Source: Candidatus Woesearchaeota archaeon
GTDB lineage: Archaea; Nanobdellota; Nanobdellia; Pacearchaeales; GW2011-AR1
Length of the DNA stretch: 64,000 bases
Reading direction: 5' to 3'
Assembly: GCA_964410025.1 (NCBI GenBank)
Contig: CAYPFA010000001.1
Span: forward strand, 223,401 to 287,400
The position numbers and the translations under genes are program-made. Below the pieces are notes generated by a model that worked only from the letters and a program-made list of their open reading frames with translations, did not search any database and was not told the origin of the DNA. Positions within the stretch are counted from its first letter, which is position 1, and every line of letters starts with the position of its first letter. Of the stretch, positions 55,441-64,000 are shown piece after piece.

Positions 55441-55673
55441 TTTAATTCCTCAGAAAATTTATTTGATAAATCCAAAATAATTTTTTTAATTTTGGCCGTA
55501 TCGTCCCTATTATTAACCGTAACAGCCTTATCCAACTTATCGCAAGCTTCACTCATTGCATTAAGAATATAATTCATCACCTCTACATCACTACTCATAT
55601 AATACAAAGCAATAAATCGTTTATTAATCTTGCGAAGACGAAAAGTAATCCTCCGAGGATCAAAACATCTCAA
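55437..55673 (-). CDS. Small hypothetical protein upstream of the platform genes
   Basis: 78-aa ORF with a 4-nt overlap to the next gene. Confidence 0.3.
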   Translation of the reverse strand: MRCFDPRRITFRLRKINKRFIALYYMSSDVEVMNYILNAMSEACDKLDKAVTVNNRDDTAKIKKIILDLSNKFSEELK

Positions 55674-55716
55674 AAATAATATAATATCTTAAATTTATTT
55701 AATTTAAACTTTTCAC

Positions 55717-57156
55717 CTAATCAGCATTTTCTCTATCCCACTTAGCAACATAATCTGCATATCTTTTTTCCAAATCACCAAAAACTCCTTCTATCCTACC
55801 AATTGCTACCCTGGATTCTGGAGTCATTTCTCTCCCATCAAAACTCTTAACAAGTCTATTCAGCTCTTCCTTTCTTAAGGTTTGCAAAAGATCTACTGGT
55901 CCTATCCCTTCATACGGAGAAAATTTAAAACCCCCCGTTGGTCCGTAATTAAACAAAATAGTCTTAAGACGTCCATCCCAAATTGTCTCTAGGGCACCGC
56001 TAGGAAGATTTATATGCGTTCCACATTTTATTCCCAAAGATTTTGCTAATGCTCCAAGCTTTTCATCAGCCAGATGATCATCTCCACGAGCATCTTCCCA
56101 ATGATGCGGACCCTGAGGCTTATAACTATATCCTCTTTCTCCAATTCTTCTTATAACACTGTTCGGCAAAGATTCTCCCTCCTTACCAATACTCACAATT
56201 CCGGCTCCCGACCCTCTCTTGATAATATCACATACACTTGGACTTAAAAGATGCGCAAATCTAGAAGCCACGATAATCTCCGAAGCTGCACTCATAGGAA
56301 CAGCTCCAAGTGTATAACTATCAGTTGGATAAATTGCAGCCAATCTATTTTTTAATAATTCCATCGGCTGAAGAATCGCAAACTTTTTATTACTCCACAC
56401 ATTTGCCTCATTTCCTCCATCCCTATGATCGTTAACCATAGAATTCAAAGAAAAGTGAACTGTTTGCCTTGGACTTTTCCCGGCGAACATAATTCCATCC
56501 TTCCCCTCTACACGAATCCTCTCCGAATCACCATTACATCCGATTTTACCACGAGGCAAATAATTAGTTGCATGTACTCCTATTAGTTGTTCAAGTTTCA
56601 AATTTTCAAAATCCAATTTTCTTTTTTCACAAACTATTTCTCTAGGAGAAAGCCCTTCTTTAAAATCGGGAACTCTCTCTAAAACATACTGTCTATCTTC
56701 TTGAGATAATCCATTCAATCCGTCATAAAAAGTATTTGCTCCATACAAACAACTGCCAACAGCAGCTCTTTTGTCGCCACCTTCGTCTTTAGATTCACTA
56801 GCAGTCCTAAGTAAATATTTTATAATTGGGTCATCACTAGAAACCACCGAATTATGTATAGAATCGACCAATTTTCCAGTCAACTCTGAATGCGCCTCCA
56901 ATCTTTTTTGAGCTGTTGCCTTTGCAGAATTAAGTTTTGTATTTTGTTTTAAAAATTTCGAATAATCATTACTGACTCCGTGCTCAACGCCCACTTTTCT
57001 AATATACCTTCCAATAGCGCTATGAGAATTCATATAATCTTCTTTATTTTCTTTGATAGAATCATCTAATCTATTTAAATAATACAAATATTTTCCTCGA
57101 GAGTTATCTGCATTATTCAATCTTTCAAAAACTTTTGTTTGTTCTTGTATCCCCAT
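55717..57156 (-). CDS. Large hypothetical protein (479 aa), no recognisable domain
   Basis: Long uninterrupted ORF with normal composition. No motif I can assign. Confidence 0.45.
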   Translation of the reverse strand: MGIQEQTKVFERLNNADNSRGKYLYYLNRLDDSIKENKEDYMNSHSAIGRYIRKVGVEHGVSNDYSKFLKQNTKLNSAKATAQKRLEAHSELTGKLVDSIHNSVVSSDDPIIKYLLRTASESKDEGGDKRAAVGSCLYGANTFYDGLNGLSQEDRQYVLERVPDFKEGLSPREIVCEKRKLDFENLKLEQLIGVHATNYLPRGKIGCNGDSERIRVEGKDGIMFAGKSPRQTVHFSLNSMVNDHRDGGNEANVWSNKKFAILQPMELLKNRLAAIYPTDSYTLGAVPMSAASEIIVASRFAHLLSPSVCDIIKRGSGAGIVSIGKEGESLPNSVIRRIGERGYSYKPQGPHHWEDARGDDHLADEKLGALAKSLGIKCGTHINLPSGALETIWDGRLKTILFNYGPTGGFKFSPYEGIGPVDLLQTLRKEELNRLVKSFDGREMTPESRVAIGRIEGVFGDLEKRYADYVAKWDRENAD

Positions 57157-57435
57157 TTTTCTATAATTTTACTATAACTCTAAACCTTATAAACCTTTCC
57201 ATTTGTAACTACTATATAGTTACTAACACAATGCAGAATAATCCTCCATTTTCCCCAAACCCCAAACTTTATTAATTCTCACGTCATTAAAATATTGACC
57301 AAGGGTTTAGCGTAAATCCAAATTGCAGAGTGGCAAGATTACTTGCTATATAATATAATCATGAACAAAGTGAATAAACCTACCTTCTGCAATTTAATTA
57401 TAGACAGCTTGCTGGTAACTAGGAGAGTTGTTAGC

Positions 57436-57455
57436 AAGAGAACCTAGGTTCTCTT
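57436..57455. promoter_or_regulatory. Perfect 20-bp palindrome immediately 5' of the FEN1 coding start
   Basis: aagagaacctaggttctctt is its own reverse complement. It ends 3 nt before the ATC aligned with the FEN1 initiator. Confidence 0.5.
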
Positions 57456-57458
57456 ACA

Positions 57459-58493
57459 ATCGGCGTACAAATATCCGACATCATTCCAAGAAAGCCCATA
57501 GAACTCTCAGATCTAAAAGGAAAGGTTATTGCCATAGATGCTTTCAATACTCTCTATCAATTTCTCACAACCGTACGACAAGCCGACGGCACACCACTAA
57601 TGGATTCCAAAGGAGGAATAACTTCTCATCTGTCTGGCTTATTTTACAGAAACGTAAATTTACTCATTGAGGGAATAATCCCTATCTATGTATTCGACGG
57701 AAAACCACCTGAATTGAAACAAAGAGAAATTGAAGAAAGAAAAAAAGCAAAAGAAATTGCCGCTCAATTTTATGAGAAAGCAAAATCTGAAGGCAATGAA
57801 GCCGAAATGAAAAAATATTCTTCACAAACAGTAAAGATGACCGATGAAATAATTCAAGAAAGTAAAAGACTTTTAACAGCCATGGGAATTCCAGTTATTC
57901 AGGCAGAAGGCGAAGGGGAGGCAGAAGCTGCACTAATGGCATCCGAAGGCCTTTGCTGGGCCTCCGCATCCCAAGATTATGACTCTTTGTTATATGGAAC
58001 ACCCATATTAATAAGAAATCTGACGCTTGCAAGAAAAAGAAAAACATCCTCCGGAGCAATGGTTGACACTCAAATTGAAATGATTGAATTTCAAGAAGTT
58101 TTAAACAAATTACAAATCAACAAAGATCAACTTATCTGCCTCGCAATTCTCGTCGGTACAGACTACAATCCTGGCGGAGTTAAAGGCATAGGACAAAAAA
58201 GAGCACTTGAAATTGTACAAAAATATCAATACCCTGTAACAATTTTTGATTACATAAAACAATCAGAAAAATATGAAATGGTTTTTGACTGGCAAGAAAT
58301 ATTTAAACAATTCAAAGAATTAAAAGCGACAACTTTAGAAAAACAAAATTTAAAAAAACCTGACCGACAAGAAATAAAAAAAATCCTCGTTGAAGATCAC
58401 GAATTTTCAGAAGAAAGAATTGACAATACGCTCGATAAACTAAAAGTTTTAGACGAAGCAAAAAAACAAAAAGGCCTAAAGGATTTTTTTTAA
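57459..58493 (+). CDS. fen1: Flap endonuclease 1; conserved N-terminus begins at ATC 57459, whereas the track ORF starts at internal ATG 57600
   Basis: The in-frame upstream translation (I)GVQISDIIPRKPIELSDLKGKVIAIDAFNTLYQFLTTVRQADGTPLMDSKGG matches the archaeal FEN1 N-terminus [36 protein letters not shown]. An in-frame TAG lies at 57432-57434, and there is no ATG/GTG/TTG between it and 57600. Confidence 0.8.
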   Translation: MGVQISDIIPRKPIELSDLKGKVIAIDAFNTLYQFLTTVRQADGTPLMDSKGGITSHLSGLFYRNVNLLIEGIIPIYVFDGKPPELKQREIEERKKAKEIAAQFYEKAKSEGNEAEMKKYSSQTVKMTDEIIQESKRLLTAMGIPVIQAEGEGEAEAALMASEGLCWASASQDYDSLLYGTPILIRNLTLARKRKTSSGAMVDTQIEMIEFQEVLNKLQINKDQLICLAILVGTDYNPGGVKGIGQKRALEIVQKYQYPVTIFDYIKQSEKYEMVFDWQEIFKQFKELKATTLEKQNLKKPDRQEIKKILVEDHEFSEERIDNTLDKLKVLDEAKKQKGLKDFF

Positions 58494-58909
58494 TGAAACA
58501 GCCCATTCTCCAAAGCAGATATAACGAAAGATATGATGAATTAATTGGTGCCATAAAAGATATTGGATTTAAATTTGATAAATCAGACATCATGCGAGGA
58601 ATTTTCGAAGGATCTATAAGTATTCATGACGAAATGAAAAAAAGAGAAGATGTCCCCAGAGAAATTAAAGAAAGAATAAATCACCCTTCCTATCTTCTAA
58701 ATATAATGGAAGCTGAACTTGAAGATTTATATGTCACCTGTGCAGAATTACTAAAAGAGGTTCCAAAGGGAGCAATCCCATCAGTAGATTTCAAAAATCA
58801 CCCTGTAAAACCTGGCTATGTAGAATATAAAACAAAAAGAAATTTTATAGATTTAGCCATAGAGCAAATGGAATTTGAAGCTCAATATAAAGAATCGAAC
58901 AAAATTTAA
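58493..58909 (+). CDS. Hypothetical protein
   Basis: 138-aa ORF whose start overlaps the fen1 stop. No family recognised. Confidence 0.35.
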   Translation: MKQPILQSRYNERYDELIGAIKDIGFKFDKSDIMRGIFEGSISIHDEMKKREDVPREIKERINHPSYLLNIMEAELEDLYVTCAELLKEVPKGAIPSVDFKNHPVKPGYVEYKTKRNFIDLAIEQMEFEAQYKESNKI

Positions 58910-59385
58910 TTTTTCTCAAGTACTCTCATTAGTGTTTCATACACATGATTATTCGGACCAGCATCGTGTCTATGTTTCAAATCTTCTTTATCATATTCTA
59001 ATCTATAATGTTCTCCCAATGCAATTCCAACCGCAGTACTTCTACTTAAACCAGCGTCACAATGCACCATAATATCTTCAAATTTTCCCCTATTTGCCTC
59101 AACAAATCTCTTTATTTTTTTTGCAGTTGACTCCCTAAATATGACATATTTCGGATCATCCTCGTCAGGATTCCTAATATCATCAAAAACTAAGGGTAAA
59201 ACAGCAACATAAGAACCTCTCAAATAATCATATTTTGGCACCGTTATATTTAACCTCGGCGCTCTTCTCGCATAAGCTTCCAGTCTCATTAAATTATATT
59301 TAGAGCTCAAACATCTAATTGCAATCGTATCCTTATCAGGAAACCAATCATCCTGCACCTTCCTATGATCAAACACATATATCAT
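58906..59385 (-). CDS. Cys-based protein/dual-specificity phosphatase-like protein (CX5R)
   Basis: VHCDAGLSRSTAVG is the HCxxGxxRS P-loop of PTP/DSP enzymes. Confidence 0.65.
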   Translation of the reverse strand: MIYVFDHRKVQDDWFPDKDTIAIRCLSSKYNLMRLEAYARRAPRLNITVPKYDYLRGSYVAVLPLVFDDIRNPDEDDPKYVIFRESTAKKIKRFVEANRGKFEDIMVHCDAGLSRSTAVGIALGEHYRLEYDKEDLKHRHDAGPNNHVYETLMRVLEKN

Positions 59386-59702
59386 TTGAAATTAGGATAA
59401 AAATCTGTCTCCGTTGTAATCCCTCTATACAATTGTCCCACAAGATCTCTTGCGCCCTCTACATCTTCAACTCTCACCTTCATTTTAGAGCCTAATCCTG
59501 CTTCCAAGGTCATTATACCCATTATAGATTTACCATCGACCTCATTTCCACTCTTCTCAATAAAAACCTTCCCAGGAAACATACTGCAGGCCCTCGCAAG
59601 AAGAGCAGACGGACGAGCACAGAATCCATATTTTACTTTTAATTCTATTCCATCTACAACTAGATATCCATTCTCTTTGCGCACGTTATAGGCATTTTCC
59701 AT
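59382..59702 (-). CDS. HPr-like phosphocarrier-fold protein with Cys at the His15 position
   Basis: YGFCARPSALLARACSMF...GNEVDGKSIMGIMTLEAGLGSKMKVRVEDVEG aligns with HPr GIHARPATVLV...[32 protein letters not shown]. The Ser46 context KSIMG is retained. Confidence 0.65.
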   Translation of the reverse strand: MENAYNVRKENGYLVVDGIELKVKYGFCARPSALLARACSMFPGKVFIEKSGNEVDGKSIMGIMTLEAGLGSKMKVRVEDVEGARDLVGQLYRGITTETDFYPNFK

Positions 59703-59756
59703 AGTTCATAAAAATCAAAACAGTTTAATTAGTTAATCAATATAAAAAATATACTA

Positions 59757-61061
59757 TTACTTTTTAGCTTTCTTAATAGGCTTAGAACTTCTTCTTTTCA
59801 TTACAGTTACAATAATCCATAATAATGCAAGAGCTACAATAAATATAACTAAAACAATACTTCCAGTTGTACCCAAAGCACCAATAACCGCACCAGTGAA
59901 TGCAGAGAAGAATGTTTTATCTTGAGTATTATCGCCTATTGTGATTCCCTCGTCAGGTGTTGATTCCACTGAAGTGCTACAACTCTTTATCTCTTCTGGT
60001 CTAGCTGATGCCTTACAACTTGAAACTGGTAAAGAACATTCTCTTGTTTGAAGTCCATTAGATGAACATTCAGACCATTGTGTACATGTCCAATCAACAT
60101 AACAAGTGCCGGAACCACTGCCAGAAACAGTAGCTTCATTTCCAAACATTCCCCAAGATGAGAAGTGATTTGTTTTAGCCCATACATAATTTTCAGCAGT
60201 ATTTACTCCAGAAGATAATGGTAAAACCCAAGTGCTTCCGTTCCAATAATATAATTTCAAAGTGTTTTCATTTATTCCAGCAGCTTCAACTTCTGCATCA
60301 CTATAATAGAATCTAAGTTCTGTATCGTTGGATAATGTTCCACTACCGCTAAAATCAATTACAAAGAATTTATCCAAACCAGGTAATGAGAATGAGCCAA
60401 CATCAGCTGGAGCTTCAGAATATTCTTCAATAACTATTGTACCGCTTCCGCCATCTTCAAATACTAAACTAATTGTAGCATTAAATTCGTCGCTTGTAAT
60501 ATTAGTATCACCTTCAAAGTCAATTTCATAAACAGCGTCTGCTTCACCCTGAGAGCTAATAACTAGTGTTTGATTAGCAGAAGATGCAACAATTTTATCA
60601 GTTGTAACAATCATTTGAACAACATAACTTCCTAAGTCAAAATCTGTAGTGTCGAATGTAATATTATAAGATAATTTTGAAGAAGCTCCATCGTAGCCAT
60701 AACCATATCCATATCCGTAGCCATAACCATATCCAGCAGTTGAAGAAGACAACTTATCAATTGAAATTCCTTCACAAGCAGTTAGCTTGTTTCCAGCAGC
60801 ATCAAAGTCGCACGTATCAACACCATTTAATAAGATTGAAATTGAAGAAATATCCGCTCTTTCATTTGAACTCATATCTACATCAAAAACTGTACTAACT
60901 GAACTTCCTTGTTTTGGAGAATCATTAGAGAAATTTCCAAGTGAAACCACAAACGCGTTTGCAGGTCCAGCCCAGATTAAAAGTGTTAAAACAGCGATGG
61001 TGATAAAACTAGCAAAAACTTTTGTTGAATGTTTGCCGTATTTGTCGTTTAGTGATATCAT
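59757..61061 (-). CDS. Cell-surface protein with signal peptide, (GY)7 repeat, Cys-rich stalk and C-terminal TM anchor
   Basis: N-terminal FASFITIAVLTLLIWAGPANA. GYGYGYGYGYGYGY is encoded at 60693-60734. C-terminal TM helix followed by a KRRSSKPIKKAKK tail. Confidence 0.6.
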   Translation of the reverse strand: MISLNDKYGKHSTKVFASFITIAVLTLLIWAGPANAFVVSLGNFSNDSPKQGSSVSTVFDVDMSSNERADISSISILLNGVDTCDFDAAGNKLTACEGISIDKLSSSTAGYGYGYGYGYGYGYDGASSKLSYNITFDTTDFDLGSYVVQMIVTTDKIVASSANQTLVISSQGEADAVYEIDFEGDTNITSDEFNATISLVFEDGGSGTIVIEEYSEAPADVGSFSLPGLDKFFVIDFSGSGTLSNDTELRFYYSDAEVEAAGINENTLKLYYWNGSTWVLPLSSGVNTAENYVWAKTNHFSSWGMFGNEATVSGSGSGTCYVDWTCTQWSECSSNGLQTRECSLPVSSCKASARPEEIKSCSTSVESTPDEGITIGDNTQDKTFFSAFTGAVIGALGTTGSIVLVIFIVALALLWIIVTVMKRRSSKPIKKAKK

Positions 61062-61264
61062 TTTACGTCCTTTTTAGAGTAAAAATCGCTTTAAAAACGT
61101 TTCCATTATTGTCACTAAAATGTCAGTACATACTGGTAGAGAATTTTAGACTACCTTTTACACAAATATATCTTATTTATTAAATTAAGGTTTAAAGTTC
61201 TTTTAGCCACCCCCCAATAACTACTTTTAGCAAAGTTTAAAAGAGGAATGTTTGTGGGAATTAT

Positions 61265-62206
61265 ATGAAGCTTGTAATACAAATACCATGTTATAATGAA
61301 GAAAAAACTCTTCCTCTAGTTTTGAAAGAATTACCTAAAAAAGTCCCCGGAATTGACCAAATAGAAGTTCAAATAATTGATGACGGTTCTAAAGATAATA
61401 CGATTGAAGTTGCTAAAAAATTCGGCGTTACTAGAATTATCAGACACAAAAGAAACCTCGGCCTTGGAACTTCATTTAAAGACGGAGTTGACGCAGCTTT
61501 GGCAGCTGGCGCAGATATTCTAATTAATACAGATGGAGACAATCAATATCCTTCAAGATACATTCCAGAACTAGTAAAACCAATTCTTAACGGGAAAGCA
61601 GACATAGTAATAGGAAACAGACAACCTTGGAAAGTTCAGCACTTCTCTCCTTTCAAAAGAATACTTCAATGGTTTGGAAACGGACTTGTAAGAAGAATCG
61701 CAGGTTCAAACGTTCCGGACACAGTTTCGGGTTTTAGAGCCTATAACAAAGAATCAATGCTTAGAATAAACGTAACAACAAAATTCTCCTACGTTCTTGA
61801 TACAATAGTTCAGGCAACAAACAAAGGACTTACAATAACTTCAATTCCTATTGATACAAACGCACCAACAAGAAAATCTCGGCTTTTCAAAAACATCTTC
61901 CAGCACATGAGAAAATCCGGCTCAAATATCATAAGATGCTTTATTGTGTATCAACCATTCCAAACATTCGGTATTCTTGCCTGGCTTTTTGCAACTCCCG
62001 CAATTATTCTTCTAGCTAGATTTTTAATAAACTACTTCCTTAACACAGGCGCAGGACTTATCCAATCTCTTATAGTCGCAGCAATCCTATTCTTCTTTTC
62101 TGGTTCAATGCTCGTACTTGGAATTCTTGCAGAACTTTTAGGAACAAATAGAAAACTCGTAGAAGAACAAATCTATCTAAAGAAAAAAGAGATGTTTGAG
62201 AAATGA
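61265..62206 (+). CDS. Family 2 glycosyltransferase, dolichyl/polyprenyl-phosphate sugar synthase-like with C-terminal TM helices
   Basis: IQIPCYNEE, QIIDDGSKDNT, NTDGDNQY, two C-terminal TM helices. Confidence 0.8.
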   Translation: MKLVIQIPCYNEEKTLPLVLKELPKKVPGIDQIEVQIIDDGSKDNTIEVAKKFGVTRIIRHKRNLGLGTSFKDGVDAALAAGADILINTDGDNQYPSRYIPELVKPILNGKADIVIGNRQPWKVQHFSPFKRILQWFGNGLVRRIAGSNVPDTVSGFRAYNKESMLRINVTTKFSYVLDTIVQATNKGLTITSIPIDTNAPTRKSRLFKNIFQHMRKSGSNIIRCFIVYQPFQTFGILAWLFATPAIILLARFLINYFLNTGAGLIQSLIVAAILFFFSGSMLVLGILAELLGTNRKLVEEQIYLKKKEMFEK

Positions 62207-63057
62207 ACAAGGTTTCTGTAATAATTCCCACACTAGGCAGAGAATCTCTTTATCCGCTAGTTGATGATTTACTAAAACAGAAAGTTAATTTCGGCTTTGA
62301 AATAATTCTTATTCCACAAGTTCCACTTAAAGAAAATCTTCTAAAAAATAAAAAAATAAAAATCCATTATGCATCTCCCGGAAAAGGATTTGCCTATTAT
62401 AGAAATACTGGGATAAAACTCTCTAAATCAGAAATTATTGTATTTATAGACGACGATGAACTACCAATGAACTCAAGCTGGCTTAGGCAAATTACCGAGC
62501 CGGTAATTAGTGGAAATGAAGATGTCGTAACATCTGGATGTGACATTAAACTTAATCAAGGCTATTTAACAAACTCTGTTTCACTATTAGGATTTCCAGG
62601 TGGTGGGGCAATCGGATTTGAAACCATGTGGCCACTAAAAAATCCACCCTATACAGACCACCTATGCTCTGGAAACCTAGCAATTACAAAGAAGATACTT
62701 TCTAGGGTAAAAAACTTTTCAAATGAAATGAAAAACGGAAATGAAGATGTTAACCTGGCGGAAAAACTCGTGGAAAATAATATCAACATTTTTTATCAAA
62801 AAAATGCTACTGTTTATCATGTTGCAAGAAAAGGATTTTTTAATTTTATAAAATGGAACATCATGAGAGGAAAATCTGCAGCAGAATTTTTAAAGCAGAA
62901 AAAAAATTCTGGAAAAGTTGGAGGAAGACTCTCTTCTTCAAAAAGAATTTTAACAAAAACTATCAAAACTAGATATTTTATAGGAGTTTTATTTATGATG
63001 TTAAATCAATACATTTGGCAGACGGGAGGATATTTATGGAAAAAGTTAAAAAGTTAA
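62203..63057 (+). CDS. Family 2 glycosyltransferase
   Basis: VSVIIPTLGRE, VFIDDDE. Confidence 0.7.
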   Translation: MNKVSVIIPTLGRESLYPLVDDLLKQKVNFGFEIILIPQVPLKENLLKNKKIKIHYASPGKGFAYYRNTGIKLSKSEIIVFIDDDELPMNSSWLRQITEPVISGNEDVVTSGCDIKLNQGYLTNSVSLLGFPGGGAIGFETMWPLKNPPYTDHLCSGNLAITKKILSRVKNFSNEMKNGNEDVNLAEKLVENNINIFYQKNATVYHVARKGFFNFIKWNIMRGKSAAEFLKQKKNSGKVGGRLSSSKRILTKTIKTRYFIGVLFMMLNQYIWQTGGYLWKKLKS

Positions 63058-63893
63058 AATCTTGTACGATTGTAGTTACCCGGTATGGAGAAACAAATAA
63101 GTTACTTAACCCATGTCTAAATGCACTATCCAAACAAGAAAAATGCGAATGTACGATTTTATTTCTAGATCAAAAAATAGATAAAGAAACAGAAAAAATA
63201 TGCAAAGAACTATCGACAGAAAAGATAACTTTCATATATAAAAATATTCCGGCAATTTCTTTAGTTTATGCTAGAAATTTTGGTATAAACATAGCTAAAA
63301 CAAATCTTATTTTTTTCATTGATGCGGATGCAATCCCAAATAAAGATTGGGCCTATGAGCTATGTAAAACATTTGAAATTGACCCAAAAATAGGGATTGT
63401 GGGTGGAAAATCTGACCCTTTATGGCTAAGCAAACCGAAATGGTATAATAAATCAAACATAGCGAGGGATGTTTATTCCTTATTGGACCTTGGAAACAAA
63501 ACGAAAGAAACAGAGAAAGTAATTGGAGTATGCTTTGCCATTGATAAAAAAAGATTGGGTAACCTTGCTAAATTTGATGAGAAGTTTTCAAGGAAGAAGG
63601 GTATTTTAATAAGCGGAGACGACACTGCATTATGCAGAAAAATAAGAAAACAAGGACTCTTAGTTTATTACACGCCCTTTGCTAAGGTTATGCATCAAAT
63701 ACAGAAAGAAAGAATAAGCTTAAAGTGGTTAATAAAAAGATTCTTTTACGGAGGATATAGTAAAGCGATTCTCGGAGGACTACCAAAAACATATTCTACA
63801 AAGAGAAATGTCTTCGATTGGTTGATTATACCTATAATAGCCATACCTTATATCTTGGGAAATTTAAAAGCGAGAATTGAAAATGAAAAATAA
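63036..63893 (+). CDS. Family 2 glycosyltransferase (ATG 63036 preferred over the TTG 63015 of the track)
   Basis: CTIVVTRYGE, FFIDADA, GDDTALC. SD gggagga lies before ATG 63036. Confidence 0.7.
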   Translation: MEKVKKLKSCTIVVTRYGETNKLLNPCLNALSKQEKCECTILFLDQKIDKETEKICKELSTEKITFIYKNIPAISLVYARNFGINIAKTNLIFFIDADAIPNKDWAYELCKTFEIDPKIGIVGGKSDPLWLSKPKWYNKSNIARDVYSLLDLGNKTKETEKVIGVCFAIDKKRLGNLAKFDEKFSRKKGILISGDDTALCRKIRKQGLLVYYTPFAKVMHQIQKERISLKWLIKRFFYGGYSKAILGGLPKTYSTKRNVFDWLIIPIIAIPYILGNLKARIENEK

Positions 63894-64000
63894 AACTAAA
63901 ACAATAATATATTATTTTGCATTTATACTTATAATTATTTTACTTATATCTCTTTTTTTAAAATATAGAGGATCCGTAGTTGAAGGAGATGGAATAAGTC
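63883..64000 (+). CDS. Membrane protein, N-terminal fragment cut by window edge
   Basis: The ATG at 63883 overlaps the previous stop. MKNKTKTIIYYFAFILIIILLISLFLKYRGS... is a signal anchor. Confidence 0.35.
   Translation, partial: MKNKTKTIIYYFAFILIIILLISLFLKYRGSVVEGDGIS

Noticed and set aside
57428-57670. 80-aa TTG-initiated ORF overlapping the fen1 5' region.
   Set aside because: It is out of frame with the clearly conserved FEN1 N-terminal coding sequence, and its Arg/Ser/His-rich product looks like an off-frame artefact.

Overview
AT-rich, gene-dense window (about 90 supportable genes, many with 1-30 nt overlaps). The content fits a small-genome archaeon of the DPANN type; this is inference from gene content only. 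Supporting genes are family-B DNA polymerase, RFC small and large subunits, FEN1, TFS, Cdc48, type-2 MetAP, Sec11-type signal peptidase and many class-III-signal-peptide (archaeal type IV pilin-like) proteins. There are also bacterial-looking traits: NrdR with NrdR boxes and strong Shine-Dalgarno sites. Main blocks: (i) a pilin x5 plus FlaI/PilB-type ATPase locus at 7.5-12 kb, with the membrane platform split into two genes far away at 53-55 kb; (ii) replication genes (polB, HerA-like ATPase, RFC, FEN1); (iii) a large dNTP/pyrimidine island at 32.8-39.6 kb (ThyX-like, tmk, nrdR, nrdD, a stand-alone glycyl-radical mini-ORF, nrdG, kinase-dCMP deaminase fusion, dut); (iv) four tRNAs (Ser-GGA, Lys-CUU, Gln-CUG, Lys-UUU) and an unannotated SRP (7S) RNA; (v) glycosyltransferases and a surface protein at the 3' end. 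The most interesting candidate for an undescribed system is a five-gene, translationally coupled minus-strand operon at 20239-23175. It encodes a COG3911-like P-loop ATPase, a CYTH enzyme, a Tmk/dNK-like kinase, a minimal viperin-like radical SAM and a dCTP-deaminase-fold protein, with a divergently transcribed wHTH regulator beside it. Second, every tRNA in the window and the 3' end of the HerA-like gene is accompanied by a partial self-copy. In four cases the copy is split by a small hairpin-forming insert, and two of these inserts share identical termini. Third, a three-copy intergenic double-hairpin family shows compensatory stem changes. Further oddities are a split NrdD, an HPr-like protein with Cys in place of His15 coupled to a CX5R phosphatase, FEN1 with an ATC at the expected initiator position behind a perfect 20-bp palindrome, and a DAC-domain protein with C-terminal TM helices. 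No CRISPR array, rRNA, transposase or integrase gene was seen.
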